A stretch of DNA of 64,000 nucleotides from the human T2T-CHM13v2.0 reference genome, Homo sapiens. Shown here in pieces: positions 34,825 to 50,200 of this stretch. The stretch is taken from NCBI RefSeq assembly GCF_009914755.1, contig NC_060947.1; one strand, written 5' to 3'. Every line of letters begins with the position of its first letter. The first letter of the stretch is position 1. Made by a program: the position numbers and the translations under genes. The notes beneath the pieces were generated by a model. That model made no database searches, was not told the DNA's origin, and saw only the letters and a program-made list of their open reading frames with translations.

Positions 34825-35107
34825 TTTTTTTTCTTTGTTTTAGACAGGGTCTTGCTCTGTTGTGCAGGCTGGAGTGCAGTGGTGCAGTCCCAACTCACTG
34901 CAACCTCCGCCTCCTGGATTCAGGAGATTCTCAGCCTCCCGAGTAGCAGGGACCACAGTGCAGCACCATGGACAACTAATTTTTGTATTAGTATGGGGAG
35001 TCTCCCAATATTGGACAGGCTAGTCTCAAATTCCTGGCCTCAGGTGATCTGCCTGCCACAGCCTCCCAAAGGGCTGAGATTACAGGCATGAGTCACTGAG
35101 TCCAACC
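34825..35107 (-). mobile_element. Alu (J/old S)
   Basis: AGACAGGGTCTTGCTCTG..GGCTGGAGTGCAGTGG..CCTCCCAAAGGGCTGAGATTACAGGCATGAG. Confidence 0.93.
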
Positions 35108-35259
35108 AAACATGTTTTTTTTTTAATATTCTTGTCTAATCAATTCAGTATCTGAAATCTTTATTGTTCTAAGTCTGTTATCTATTTTTTTCTGCTGTCT
35201 CTCATAGTGTCTTATTTACTTGTTTGTTTTAATATTTTAAAATATATGTTTCTCATTTT

Positions 35260-35618
35260 CATTGGAATTTTATTTTTGGAAATTCTGTGTGGCCTAAATG
35301 GAAAATAAGTTATTCCTGAAAGATTTTCACTTTCATGACTATTGAAAGAGGACACTACAAATCTGAGACAACTTTAAATTAATTTCTAGACCTGAGATTT
35401 TTTCTGACTACAATGAAACACACTTGAGGGATGGCTATACTTACGAATTGTTAGTGGAAATTTTTTTCAGTTCTATGTGTTTGATAATTACCATTATGAT
35501 ATTATCTTAAACCACAATTACGTAGCAGAGAAGGTAGTTTGTATGATATAGTATATTTATAATAACTGCTTTTAATATTTAACACAGAATAAATTTTCAT
35601 AAAGTAGACTACTGTGAA
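35260..35618 (+). repeat. dispersed direct duplication, donor copy
   Basis: same 360-bp sequence as 32496-32855, here continuous with its old-L1/unique flanks. Confidence 0.95.
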
Positions 35619-35701
35619 ACAGAACACTACCAAGCACCCAGAAGCACAGTTTGTTCTCTTTACCTTAATAACTACTAACCTAACATCATGTGTATTTTCA
35701 A

Positions 35702-37739
<2,038 letters not shown>

Positions 37740-38004
37740 TAATATGATTCTGCTCTTTGTCCCCACCCAAATCTCATTTTGAATTGTAATCTCCACATGT
37801 AGAGGAAGGGATCTGGTGGGAGGTGATTGTATCATGGGGGCAGTTTCCCCCATGCTTTCATGTTCTCATGATAGTGAGGGAGTTTTCATGAGATCTCATG
37901 GTTTTAAAAGTGGCAATTTTTCCTCTGTGCGTGCTCTCTCTCCTGCCTCCTTGTGAAGAAGGTGCCTACTCTCCTTTGCCTTCCACCATGACTGTAAGCT
38001 TCCT
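37740..38004 (+). mobile_element. MaLR LTR (MSTA/THE1D-like), 3'-truncated
   Basis: TGTCCCCACCCAAATCTCAT..GAATTGTAATC, GGTGGGAGGTGATTGTATCATGGGGGC, GCCTTCCACCATGACTGTAAGCTTCCT then abrupt end. Confidence 0.88.
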
Positions 38005-38631
38005 AATAAGGTTGACTACTTATTTATAGGCTTAATGGCTATATTATTATTGTCTTTTGTAAAGTGTCTGTTCAAATATCTTGCCTATATTTTCTACAGT
38101 GTCTATCTTTTTCCTATTTACTTGTACAAATTATTTACATATTCTCAATATGATATCTTTATTATATTGTAAATATATTGTTTCCCTGTGCCTTTCCTTT
38201 TGATACTTTAATAAACTCATATTATTTAAAAAAGGTCTTATTTTTAATTTTTATTATTAATATTTTTGATTGATAAATTATAATTATATACATTTAAATG
38301 GTATAATGTGATACTAATACATATATGTGTATATATAATATAAAAAATTAATCTAATTAACATAGCCATCACTTCACTCATCATTTTTTTTTTTTGGTGA
38401 GGCATTTAAACTCCTTTAGTTATTTTGAGATATACATTATTATTGAGTATAGTCACCCTGCTGTGCAATATATCTTAAAGCTTATTTCTTCAGTCTGTCT
38501 GAAACTTTGTACCCTTTGATAAAAAAATAGACACTCTGGGGAAAAATAGACAAGATATTTGAACGGATACTTCACAAAAGACAGTAATAATATAGCCATT
38601 AAACCTACAAATAAGTAGCCAACCTTATTAG
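38003..38631. repeat. inverted repeat, arms 38003-38112 and 38521-38631 (old L1ME sequence)
   Basis: CTAATAAGGTTGACTACTTATTTATAGGCTTAATGGCTATATTATTA.. is the reverse complement of ..TAATAATATAGCCATTAAACCTACAAATAAGTAGCCAACCTTATTAG. Confidence 0.93.
38245..38520 (-). mobile_element. L1MA 3' end (continues at ~39735)
   Basis: TATAGTCACCCTGCTGTGCAATA..CTGAAACTTTGTACCCTTTGA. Confidence 0.85.
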
Positions 38632-38687
38632 TCATCAGGGTGATGCAAATTAAACCACAATAAAATACCACAAGAAACCCACCAGAA

Positions 38688-39694
38688 ATTAAACGAACAT
38701 GCTTCTACACAGCAAAGAAAACTATCAACAGAGTAAACACACAACCTAGGGAATGAAAGAATATGTTTGCAAACTATGCATCTGATGGAGGTCTAATATA
38801 CACAATCTATAAGGAACTTAAATCGACAAGCAAAAAAACAAACTACTCTGTTTAAAAAAAATAGGCAAAGGACAAGAACAGACACTTTTCAAAGGAAGAT
38901 ATACATGCATCCGTCAAGCATATAAAAAAACCTCAACATCACTAATCATTAGAGAAATGCAAATCAAAACCTTAATGAGATACCAAGTCACAGCAGTTAG
39001 AACAGCTATTATTAAAAAGTCAAAAAATTACAAATGGTAGCAAGGTTTCAGAAAAAAGGGAATGGTTATACACTGTTGGTGTAAATGTAAATTAGTTTAG
39101 CCACTGTGGAAAGCAGTTTGGAGATTACTCAAATAACTTAATACAGAACTACCATTTTATCCAGCAATCCCATTACTTGATATACCACCAAAGGAATATA
39201 AATTGTTCTACCATAAAGACACATGCACACATATGTTCATCACAGCACTGTTCACAATAGCAAAGACATAGAATCAACCTAGATGCCCATCAATGGTGAA
39301 CTGGATAAGGAAAATATGGTACATACATGCCACGGAATACTATGCAGCCATAAAAAGAATGAAATCATGTATTTTGCAGGAACGTGAATGGAGCTGGAGG
39401 CCATTGCCTAAGCAAACTAATGCATGAACTGAAAACCAAATATAACTTGTTCTCACTTATAATTGGGGCTAAACATTGAGTACACATGGACACAAAGAAG
39501 GGAATGATAGACACCAGTGCCTACTTGAGGGTGGAGAGTTGGGGAAGGGTAAGGACCAAAATACTACCTATTGGTATTAGGCTCACTACCTGTGTGATGA
39601 AGTAAACTGTCCACCAAACCCCAATGACACACTATTTACTCATGTAACAAACCTGCACAGTATCCTCTGAACCTAATATAAAAGTTGAAAAAAA
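38688..39694 (+). mobile_element. L1PA15-17/L1PB-type 3' kilobase
   Basis: GCTTCTACACAGCAAAG.., AACCTAGATGCCCATCAATGG, TAACAAACCTGCACAG..AAAAGTTGAAAAAA. Confidence 0.9.
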
Positions 39695-39734
39695 CTCTCA
39701 TAAAACAAATATCCAAACCATGGCATTGACTATT

Positions 39735-42265
39735 GGAAATAATTCTGAAATGAACATGGCAGTGCAGATATCCCTTAGTTGTACTGATTTCAGTTCCATT
39801 GGAAATATAGCCACCAGGGCGATTACTGAATCATATGGCTATTGTATTTTTAGTTTTTGAGGAATCACCATACTGTTTTCCATAATGGCTGTACTAATGT
39901 ACTTTCCCACCAACAATGTACAAGTTTCTCCACATCCTCACCAACACTTGTTTGCTTCCATCTTTTTGATCAATGACATATTAGCAGGTGTTAGGTGATA
40001 TCTCATATTGGTTTTCATTTGCATTTTCCTAATGATTAGTGATGCTGAGCATTTTTTTCATATATTTATTTGTCATTTATATGTCTTCTTTTGCAAATTG
40101 TCTTTTCAGGCCCTTAGTCTATTTTTTATTTGATTTATTTGTTTTCTTGCTATTGCGTTGTTTGAGATCCTTATATATCTTGAATATTATTCCCTTATCA
40201 AATGTATAGTTTGCAGAAATTATTTCACACACTGTAGGTTGCCTCTTTACTTTGTTTATTGTTTCTTTTGGTGTGCAGAAGTTATTTTAGTTTGATGGCA
40301 TCCCATTTGCCAATTTTTGCTTTTATTGCCTGTGTTTTGGGGGTCATATCAAAAAAAGTTGTTGCCCAGTATACTTTTATAAAGCATTCCTCCTAAGTTT
40401 TCTTTTAGTCGTGTCATAGGTTCAGGTCTTAGATTTAAGTTTTAATCCATTTTGAGTTTATTTTTGTTTATGTTGAGAGATAGAGGGATCAGTTTCATTA
40501 TTCTTCATGTGGATACCCAGTTTTCCTCAGCACCATTCATTGAAAATACTTTTTCCTAATTGTGTGTTCTTGACACATTTGTCAAAAATCAATTGAACAT
40601 AAATTTGTGGGTTTATTTCCTGCTTTCTAATTCTGTTTCAAAAGTTGATATGTCCTTTTCTTTGTAATTAATCATGCTGTCTTGATTAAAATCGCTTCAT
40701 TATATGTTTTGAAATTAGTGAGTGTGATGCCTCCAGCTTTGTTATTTTTGCTAAAGATTGTTTTGGCTATTCAGAGTTTTTGTAGTTCCATACAAATTTA
40801 AGTTTTTTTTTTTTTAAATTCTGTAAAAAACGACATTGGAATCCTGCCAAGATTTCCATTGAATCTGTAGATTGCCTTGGGTAGTGTGAACATTTTTACA
40901 ATGTTAATTTTCTAATCCCTGAATATGAAATATCATTCCATTTTTATTTTCTATTTTTTCAATGTTTTCTATGTTTTATTGTTTTCATTATACAGGTCTT
41001 TTACCTCTTTGATTAAATTTACACATTAGGGTGTATTTTTTGTTGTTGTTAAAATATTTTTTTGTTATCATTCCAATTATTTGCTACTAGTGTATAGAAA
41101 TGCTACTGATTTTTGTATGTTGATTTTGTATTCTGCAACTTTCCAGAATTAGTTTTTCAGTTCTAACAGTTTTTTGTGTGTGAAGTCTTTAGAGTTTCCA
41201 TACATAAGATCGTGTCATCAGCAAATAGAGAAATTTTCACTTCTTCCTTTTCTATTAGAAAGTCTTTTATCGCTTTTTCTTGCCTAATTACTCTGGGTAG
41301 TACTTTCAATACTACATTGAAAAGACGTGGTCACAGTGGGCTTTATTGTCCTGTCCATGATCTCAGACAAAAAGCTCTCTACTTTTCAACATCAAGAGTG
41401 ATATTAGCTATGTGTTTGTTATCTATGGTCTTTACTCTGTTGAGGTATATGTCTTCTATACCTAATATGTTGAGAGTTTTTATCATAAAAGTTGGCTGAA
41501 TTTTGTTATATTCTTTTTTTGCATCTATTGATATGATAATACAATTTTTAGTTTTCATTTTGTTAATGTGATGTATCACATATATTGATTTGTGATGGTT
41601 GAATCATCCTTGCATGCCAGGGATAAATTCCACTTGAACACGGTGAATGATTCTTTTAATGTGTTGCTAAATTCAATTTCCAAATACTTTGTTGAGGATT
41701 TTTGCATCTATTTTCATCGGCAGTGACCTTTCAGCTTTGGTGTCAAGGTAATGCTGGCTTTGTAAAATTAGAAGTATTATTTTTTATTCCTGTGGCATCT
41801 GTTGTAATGACTCTTACTTTTGATTTTACTTATTTAAGTCTTCTGTCTTTTTTTATTGGTCTAGTTAAAAGTTTTCTGATTTTTAAAATCTATTCAAATT
41901 ATTCTTCGTTTTGTTGGTTTTCTATTGTGTTATTCTCTATTTATTATTTCTATTCTTTATTATTTTCTTCTTCCTGCTAACGTTGGCCTTAGTTTATTCA
42001 TTTATTTATTTACTTGAAATGTAAAGTTAGGGTTTTAATTTGAGATAATTCTTGTGTTTCAATGTGGACACTTATTACTATAAGCTATATTCTTAGTACT
42101 GCTTTAGCTGTATCCTTTACATTTTGGTATGTTGTGTTTTTGTTTTTGTTTGTCTTGAGATATTTTCTAATTTCCCTTTTGAATTCCATTTTGACCCAAT
42201 GTTTGTTAAAGAGTGTCTTGTTTAATTTATTCATATTTAGAAATGTATCCTGCATTTCTGACTGA
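39735..42265 (-). mobile_element. L1MA ORF2 body
   Basis: ATGAACATGGCAGTGCAGATATC, ..IIISIDAKKEYNKIQPTFMIKTLN.. in the ORF track. Confidence 0.85.
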
Positions 42266-44900
42266 TGTTTTCTACATATTTCACTAGATTTATCTTGTTA
42301 ATGGAATCATCTATATCTTTATGATTTGTTTAATCAATTACTGAGACTCATTAAAATTACTCTAATTGTGAATATCTACTTTTTTTAGTTCTGTCAGCTT
42401 TTGCCTCACATATATTGACATTATGATTAGATACACATCAATTTAGAACGATATATTTGTTGTGAACTGATACTTTTATTATTTTGGAGCATCCTATTTT
42501 ACTTACAGTAATATTTATTTTCTTAAATTCAATCTCATGTTATCAGTATAGCTATACAGCTATTCTTTTGTTCACATTTTTATGGGTCATCTTTTCCATG
42601 TTTTTACTTCCAAAAATAAAGAAAATCATTTTTAATTGACACATAATAATTGTATGTATTTATGGGATGCAGGTAATATTTGATACATGCATACATTGTG
42701 TCATCGGGGTAACTGGGATACCCTTCACTTCCATCATTTATTTCTTTGTGTTGAGGACATTTGAAATGCTCTTTTAGCTATTTTGAAACATACAATAAAT
42801 TATTGATAACTATGGTCACCCTACTGTGCTATTGGCAGAGGTTGGTTAATAGGTTCATAATTATAGTTATGTAGAAGGAATAAGTATTTTCAAACTTTCT
42901 AATCTCTATATTTAAATTATATCTCATGTAAGCTACATGTACTTTTTTCCAACATGATAATCTTTGTCTTTTAATTTGACCATTTAATCTATTATATTTT
43001 AACATATTTAATCATCTGTTTGGGTTTAAACTAGTTATATTGTTATATGTTTTCTTTGTCACATCTGTTGTAGTTTATCTTTTTTCTCAACTTCTTTTGC
43101 ATTACATTTGAATTGTTTGTTTGTGTGTGTGTTTTGTCGTTAACAGTTTCCCCCCCATTAGCTTGCTAACTAAATACTTTTTCTAATATATTTTTCATCC
43201 CAGAGGTGACAATGTGAATTATCGACTTATTAAAATATCATATAAATTAATATATTTTCAATAGTCAGATAATTTAGGGTCTTCAGAATGGCACACTCTA
43301 GCCTTTTGTTTTATTACATTCTGTTAAGCATTACTTCAAATCTCTTAAATCTCAAAAAGCATTATTGTCATTGTTCATAAAATCAATATTTACTCAAAGT
43401 TATTTAAATAATTTTACTTTTTATTGCTCTTTATTTCTGCATTTCATTTTTCTCACCATCTGAGATCATTTTCCTTCTACTTGAAAAAAATATATTTCTA
43501 TTAGTTAGGGTTTTACTTTGGCTGGTCATAAATTCCCTCAAATTTTCTTTGCCTGAAATGTCTTATGTTGCCTCTACCTAAAAACATAAATTGATTGGCT
43601 GTTAAGTTTTTGGTTGGAAATTATTTCCTTTTAATATTTTAAGAATGTTATGTTATTGTTGTGTGGCTTTCCTTGATTCCACTTAGAGGTAGTGTGTTTT
43701 TCTCTCTGTGATTTTTAAGTTTTTCTCTTTGAATTTTATTTAAAGCACTTTTGCTATGAACATGCCTGGGTGTGATCTTATTTGTAGGCATATTCTTGAG
43801 ATTTTTAGTACTTCTTGAATCTGTGGCTTGATGACATCTTTCTTTAGTTTAGAAAAATTCTTGGCAATTATCTATTATATTTTCTTTTAAAGTAATACTT
43901 CTGCCCCAATCTCTTCTTTCTGCATGGGACACCAATTGAAAATACATTATATCTTTCCATGATATCCTGTTTATAGCTTATTTCCTCTTTCTTGATCTCT
44001 CTCTGTTTACTTTGTCTCTGTTCCTCTCTCTCTCTTTATGTTTTTCATCTCTTTCTCTTATCCTTCGGTCTGAATATTTTTCTATGACTTAGCTTCCATT
44101 TCAATAATCATGTTTTTCACTCTCCATTGGTACGTACGTCTCCTAAATTCTTAATTTTAATTTTTCAGTTATAGAATTTACATTTGATTCTTTTTTATTG
44201 ACTCTAGTTCTCTGATAAAATTCTTTATTTTGTTCACTATTTTTTGAGTGCATTTTTCACAGTTATTTTAAAGTCTCTTTCTGATAACTTCAATATCTGA
44301 AACTGGTGTGAATATGTTCTTTTGAGTATTTTTCTCTGATATTTTGGTCATTTAAAAAATCTGTATATCTTACAATTTTTTTCATGAATCTTGGACATTG
44401 TATAAAAAGTTGCAAATATAATTTCAGGCTCTTAATTGTGATATCTTCTTCTGGAGATGATTAACTTTTGTTTCTGGGAGGTAGTTACGGTAGAGTCAGA
44501 CTATCTTAATACAGTCAATGATTAAACTGAACGAAGGTTGCTTTTAATCTTCTTGAGAGCTTATTTCTAATTTTACTCTTTGAGTGTATCTACTTGACAA
44601 TCTCAACTTAAAGCCAGGGGGTTATCCTCCACCTTGGTGGGCCCTGAGCTATAACTTTTGCTTCACCTGTTAATTGAGATATCCAAAGTCTCTGTTTAGC
44701 TTCCTGACCACTTGGCTAGGATTTACGAATTGAAAAATGCCTTGTAATGTGAAGCAGTGTGAATGTGAGGCTTACCTATAAGTGTTTTCTTTTTGTCCAG
44801 GATCATGTTCCTGATAATTCTTTGATTCCTTCATATAAAATTTTAAAAATTATTAGTCTTTTATTACTTGGTAGATGGGTGAGTTTGATAGACATTTAAT
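42266..44900 (-). mobile_element. highly diverged L1M 5'/ORF1-region fragments
   Basis: TCTAATTGTGAATATCTACTT..TTCTGTCAGCTTTTGCCTCACATAT, CTTCTTGAATCTGTGGCTTGATG, TTCAGTTATAGAATTTACATTTGATTC. Confidence 0.55.
42629..42885 (-). mobile_element. short L1MA 3' end with 5' inversion (twin priming)
   Basis: minus-strand 3' end to GTCACCCTACTGTGCTAT, then plus-strand GAGGTTGGTTAATAGGT..AGAAGGAATAAGT, the adjoining consensus segment. Confidence 0.75.
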
Positions 44901-44929
44901 CTCCATATGTAGAGGAGTAATTGCCATGT

Positions 44930-45362
44930 CCTGTATGCCATTTTTCATCTTCTGAGGAGCACATGGCAGGATAGGACTAGATGTGAATGAAATTTATTGG
45001 TGAAACATCCTTGAAAAATGAATGTTAAATATAAAAATAATGGAAGAGGAAGCATGAGTAGGCAAAAAGAGCTTTAAGATTGTGATTCAAGTATGATACC
45101 TTCAAAAGAAGAGAGGGAAGAAAGGATTGCATGAGAAAATCTCATGCCACAGCACAGTTCTGGTGAAGTTTCAGCAGGCTTATATAGAGCCCCTAAGGGC
45201 AAGAATGAGCCAGCATTACTAGCCCACTGTATTTCTTCACTGACTTAGAGCAGCACTAGGTAAGTGTAGTTTCAGAATTCATTGGAGTAGCAGTGTAAAC
45301 TATGATCTTTGCTTCAAATTCTATTGAAAGAGATCTGAGTGGTGCATCTCCATGCTACTGTA
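44930..45362 (-). mobile_element. LTR16-family LTR (ERVL)
   Basis: GAGATCTGAGTGGTGCATCTCCATG terminus-like motif, GGAAGCATGAGTAGGC..GAGCTTTAAGA, CACAGCACAGTTCT. Confidence 0.6.
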
Positions 45363-46930
45363 TATAATCTCTTGAGCTGCACATTTCTATTTCTCCGTAT
45401 ATGTTTATGGAGCATCTCATCCATGTTTCCTGTCAGCCTTTATTACTGCAGAGAAACACAGAAGGGAGAGCTAAATGGGACAATCTGCTGCTGTGATCTC
45501 TGTATTTAGTCTTAGGCCACAACTGCTATTTATCTCCCACTTCTATTATAAACTCAGCAGTTCTTGATGGATTGCCTGGTCATTGGACCCAACAATTTTT
45601 TCCTAAAATGACTGAGTCCTTGATAACCATTCCTTTCTCAGAGTTGTTGAATATGTCACAATAGGTATGGAAGTACTAAAAAGTGATAAAAAGCATTACC
45701 TAAGTGTCGCACATTTTATCTCTGACATCATTGTGTAAAAGGAGCCTATTCTCCTCCTGCTGATCAGGGTCAATAACCCACTGACAGTGTTGACTCCTCA
45801 TCTTCTAGTCCCTGTATACAAGGAGTCTAAAGAATCCAGGTGGAAGCTGTAGCTTGCAGTTCAACATGACCATGTTTGTAATCCCAAAGAAAAGTAAATT
45901 CATTGGGGATCCAGACATACAATCCTGAAGAGCTGAGAGTTGTGGAAACAGGCACACAAAGTACTCTAGTGGGTCCTTTGGAGTGTCGATAAGTGGGGCC
46001 ATCCTGCTTCTACTCCTTGGTTCCCAGAACAATGTTTCATTTCTATTGGGGACATTGTACCATATAGAAGTCTCTGCTATAATTCATATATTGCATCCTT
46101 AAAAATAGAATCCTATCCTTGTAGAGTGTTGCTGGCAAGCTGTCATTTCACCTGTGTCTTAAGCCGATCATTCCACAGTTCTGTCGTACTGGCTGATTCT
46201 AGATTATGTGGTGTGTGATATGACCAGTAGATCTCATACTCAGAGACCCACTCTCAAACCTCACAAGTATTATGTAAGCTCCCCTATAGTGATGCGGTTG
46301 AGTCTTCATGGACAGGAAAGGTAAACCCATATCTAGCGTAGACATTTCTCTCTAAAAGGTTGAACCATTGACTCTTCCAGGAGAAAAAGAGCCCAGTGCA
46401 TTCAACTAACCACCAAGTGGCTGACTGCTCTCCTTGAAGAATAGTATATTATTAGGATTTAGTAATAATTTTGCTGCCTGCAGGTTGGACCTAGAGAGGC
46501 AGCAATAGCTAGGTAGATCTTGATAAGATAGAGTCAATGCTGTTGAGCCTATGCCTAACCTCTATCTCTGCCACCTTGCTCATTCTATGCATGTGCCCAT
46601 GATGCCAGCTCTGTGGTGGTCAAAATACAAAATTTAGCTAATGCCAGCTGGATTAGTCATTTTGTCTGTATGTTTGTTCAGTGCATCTTCATGAAGATGA
46701 TTTCTAATGGGTATTAATACATAATGCAAAAATCCTTCCACTTAATGCTCATTCACATGTATATGTCAACATACCTCTACACAAAACTCCTTTGTCTTCC
46801 ATCTTCCAGTTGTTTTCCTTTCAGACTTCTAATTATGTAGGTAGGCCTTTGACCACTGTTTAGAAATATGTATACATTCTTACTTCAGGCCATTTTTTTT
46901 TCCACTTAAAGTAGATGACCAGATGCCATT
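45363..46930 (-). mobile_element. ancient ERVL (HERV16-like) internal pol/integrase remnant
   Basis: ORF 45805-46032 ..MAPLIDTPKDPLEYFV..LNCKLQLPPGFFRLL.. resembles the ERVL pol C-terminus; adjacent to the LTR16-like LTR. Confidence 0.6.
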
Positions 46931-46955
46931 TCTTTCTTTCTTTCTTTCTTTTTTT

Positions 46956-47190
46956 ACAAGAACAAAATGTAAACTCAATTGTATTTCTATGTACTAGCAG
47001 TGAACAATCAGAAATTAAAATAAAACATATAATTCCATTTATAATAGCATCAAAAATATGAAATATTTAGAAATAAATCTGACATAACCTGTGCGAGACT
47101 GAAAACTATGAAACACTGCTAAGAAAAGTTAAAGATCTAAATAAGTGGAAAGATATGCTATGTTTATTGTTCAGAAGACTCAATATTATT
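46956..47190 (+). mobile_element. old L1M ORF2 fragment
   Basis: CAATTGTATTTCTATGTACTAGCAGTGAACAA, CCATTTATAATAGCATCAAAAA, AAATAAGTGGAAAGATATGC. Confidence 0.8.
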
Positions 47191-47211
47191 ATTTTTGAAG
47201 TACTCTTTAAA

Positions 47212-50200
47212 AATTTTTTTTATTATACTTTACGTTCTGGGATACATGTGCAGAACGTGCAGGATTTTTACATAGGTAAACACGTGGCATGGTTGTTTGC
47301 TGCACCCACCAACCCGTCATCTACATTAGGTATTTCTCCTAATGCTATCCCTCCCCTAGCCACCCACCCCCTGACTGGCCCGAGTGTGTGATGTGTTCTC
47401 ATTGTTCAACTCCCAATTATGAGTGAGAACATGCCATGTTTGGTTTTCTGTTCTTCAGAAAATGATGGTTTTCAGCTTCATCCATGTCCCTGCAAAAGAC
47501 ATGAACTCATCCTTTTTTATGGCTGCATAGTATTCCATGGTGTATATGTGCCACATTTTCTTAATCCAGTCTATCATTGATGGGCATTTGGGTTGGTTCC
47601 AAGTCTTTGGTATTGTGAATAGTGCCGCAATAAGCATACATCTGCATGTGTCTTTATAGCAGCATGATTTATAATCCTTTGGGTATATACCCAGTAATGG
47701 GATTGCTGGGTCAAATGGTAATTCTAGTTGTAGATCCTTGAGGAATCACCACACTGTCTTCCACAATGGTTGAACCAATTTACACTCCCACCAACAGTGT
47801 AAAAGTGTTCCTATTTCTCCACATTCTCTCCAGCATCTGTTGTTTCCTGACTTAATGATTAAATGATTAAATCCATTAAATGATTGCCATTCTAACTGGT
47901 GTGAGATGGTATCTCATTATGGTTTTGCTTTGCATTTCTCTGATGACTGGTAATGATGAGCATTTTTTCATGTGTCTTTTGGTTGCATAAATGTCTTCTT
48001 TTAAGAAGTGTCTGTTCATATCTTTTGGCCACTTTTTGATGGGGTTGTCTTTTTCTTATAAATTTGTTTGAGTTCTTTGTAGATTCTGGATATTAGCCCT
48101 TTGTCAGATGGGTAGATTGGAAAACTTTCTCCCACTCTGTAGGTTGCCTGTTCACTCTGATGGTAGTTTCTTTTGCCATGCAGAAGCTCTTTAGTTTAAT
48201 TAGTTGCCATTTGTCTATTTTGGCTTTTGTTGCCATTGCTTTTGGTGTTTTAGTCATGAAGTCCTTGCCCATGCCTATGTCCTGAATGGTATTGCCTAGG
48301 TTTTCTTCTAGGGTTTTTATGGTTTTAGGTCTAACATTTAAGTCTTTAATCCATCTTGAATTAATTTTTGTATAAGTTGTAAGAAAGGGATCCAGTTTCG
48401 GTTTTCTGCATATGGCTAGTCAGTTTTCCCAACACCATTTATTAAATAGGGAATTCTTTCCCCATTGCTTGTTTTTCAGGTTTGTCAAAGATCAGATGGT
48501 TGTAGATATGTGGCACTATTTCTGAGGGCTCTGTTCTGTTCCATTGTTCTATATCTCTGTTTTGGTACCAGTACTATGCTGTTTTGGTTATTTTTGGTTA
48601 CTATAGCCTTGTAGTATAGTTTGAAGTCAGGTAGCATGATGCCTCCAGCTTTGTTCTTTTGGCTTAGGATTGCCTTGGCAATGCAGGCTCTTTTATGGTT
48701 CCATATGAAATTTAAAGTAGTTTTTTTCCAATTCTGTGAAGAAAGTCATTGGTAGCTTGATGGGGATGGCACTGAATCTATAAATTACTTTGGGCAGTAT
48801 GGCCATTTTCACGATATTGATTCTTCCTATCCAGGAGCATGGAATATTCTTCCATATGTTTGTGTCCTCTTTTATTTCATTGAGCAGTGGTTTGTAGTTC
48901 TCCTTGAAGAGGTCCTTCACATCTCTTGTGAGTTGGATTCCTACATATTTTATTCTCTTTGTAGCAATTGTGGATGGGATTTCACTCATGATTTGGCTCT
49001 CTGTATATCTGTTAATTACGTGTAGGAATGCTTGTGATTTTTGCACATTGATTTTGTATCTTGAGACTCTGCTGAAGTTGTTTATCAGCTTAAGGAGATT
49101 TTGGGGTGAGACGATGGGGTTTTCTAAATATACAATCATGTCATCTGCAAACAGGGACAACTTTACTTCCTCTTTTCCTAATTGAATACCCTTTATTTCT
49201 TTCTCTTTCCTGATTTCCCTAGCCAGAACTTCCAACACTATGTTGAATAGGAGTGGTGAGTGAGGGCAGCCTTGTCTTGTGCTGGTTTTCAAAGGGATGC
49301 TTCCAGTGTGTGCCCATTCAGTATGATATTGGCTGTGGGTTTGTCATAAATAGCTCTTATTATTTTGAGATATGTTCCACCAATGTCTAGTTTATTGAGA
49401 TATTTAGCATGAAGGACTGTTGAATTTTGTCAAAGGCCTTTTCTGCATCTATTGAGACAATCATGTGGTTTTTGTCTTTGGTTCTGTTTATGTGATGGAT
49501 TACATTTATTGATTTGCATGCATTCAACCAGCCTTGCATCCCAGGGATAAAGCCCACTTGATCGTGGTGGATAAGCTTTTTGGTGTGCTGCTGGATTCGG
49601 TTTGCCAGTATTTTATTGAGGATTTTTGCATCGATGTTCATCAGGGATATTGGTCTAAAATTCTCTTTTCTTGTTGTGTCTCTGCCATGCTTTGCTATCA
49701 GGATGATGTTGGCCTCATGAAATGAATTAGGGAGGATTCCCTCTTTTTCTATTGGTTGGAGTAGTTTCAGAAGGAATGGTACCAGCTCCTCTTTGTACCT
49801 CTGGTAGAATTCGGCTGTGAATCTGTCTGGTCCTGCATTTTTTTTTGGCTGGTAGGCTACTAATTATTGCCTCAATTTCAGAGCCTGTTATTGATCTATT
49901 CAGAGATTCAAGTCTTTCTGGTTTAGACTTGGGAGAGTGTATGTGTCCAGGAATTTATCCATTTTTTCTAGTTTTTCTAGTTTATTTGTGTAGAGGTGTT
50001 TATAGTATTTTCCGATGATAGTTTGTGTTTCCGTGGGATCGGTGATGATATCCCCTTTATCATTTTTTATTGCGTCTATTTGATTCTTCTGTCTTTTCTT
50101 CGTTATTAGCCTTGTTAGTGGTCTACCAATTTTGTTGATCTTTTCAAAAAGCCAGCTCCTGGATTCATTGATGTTTTGAAGGGTTTTTTGTGTCTCTATG

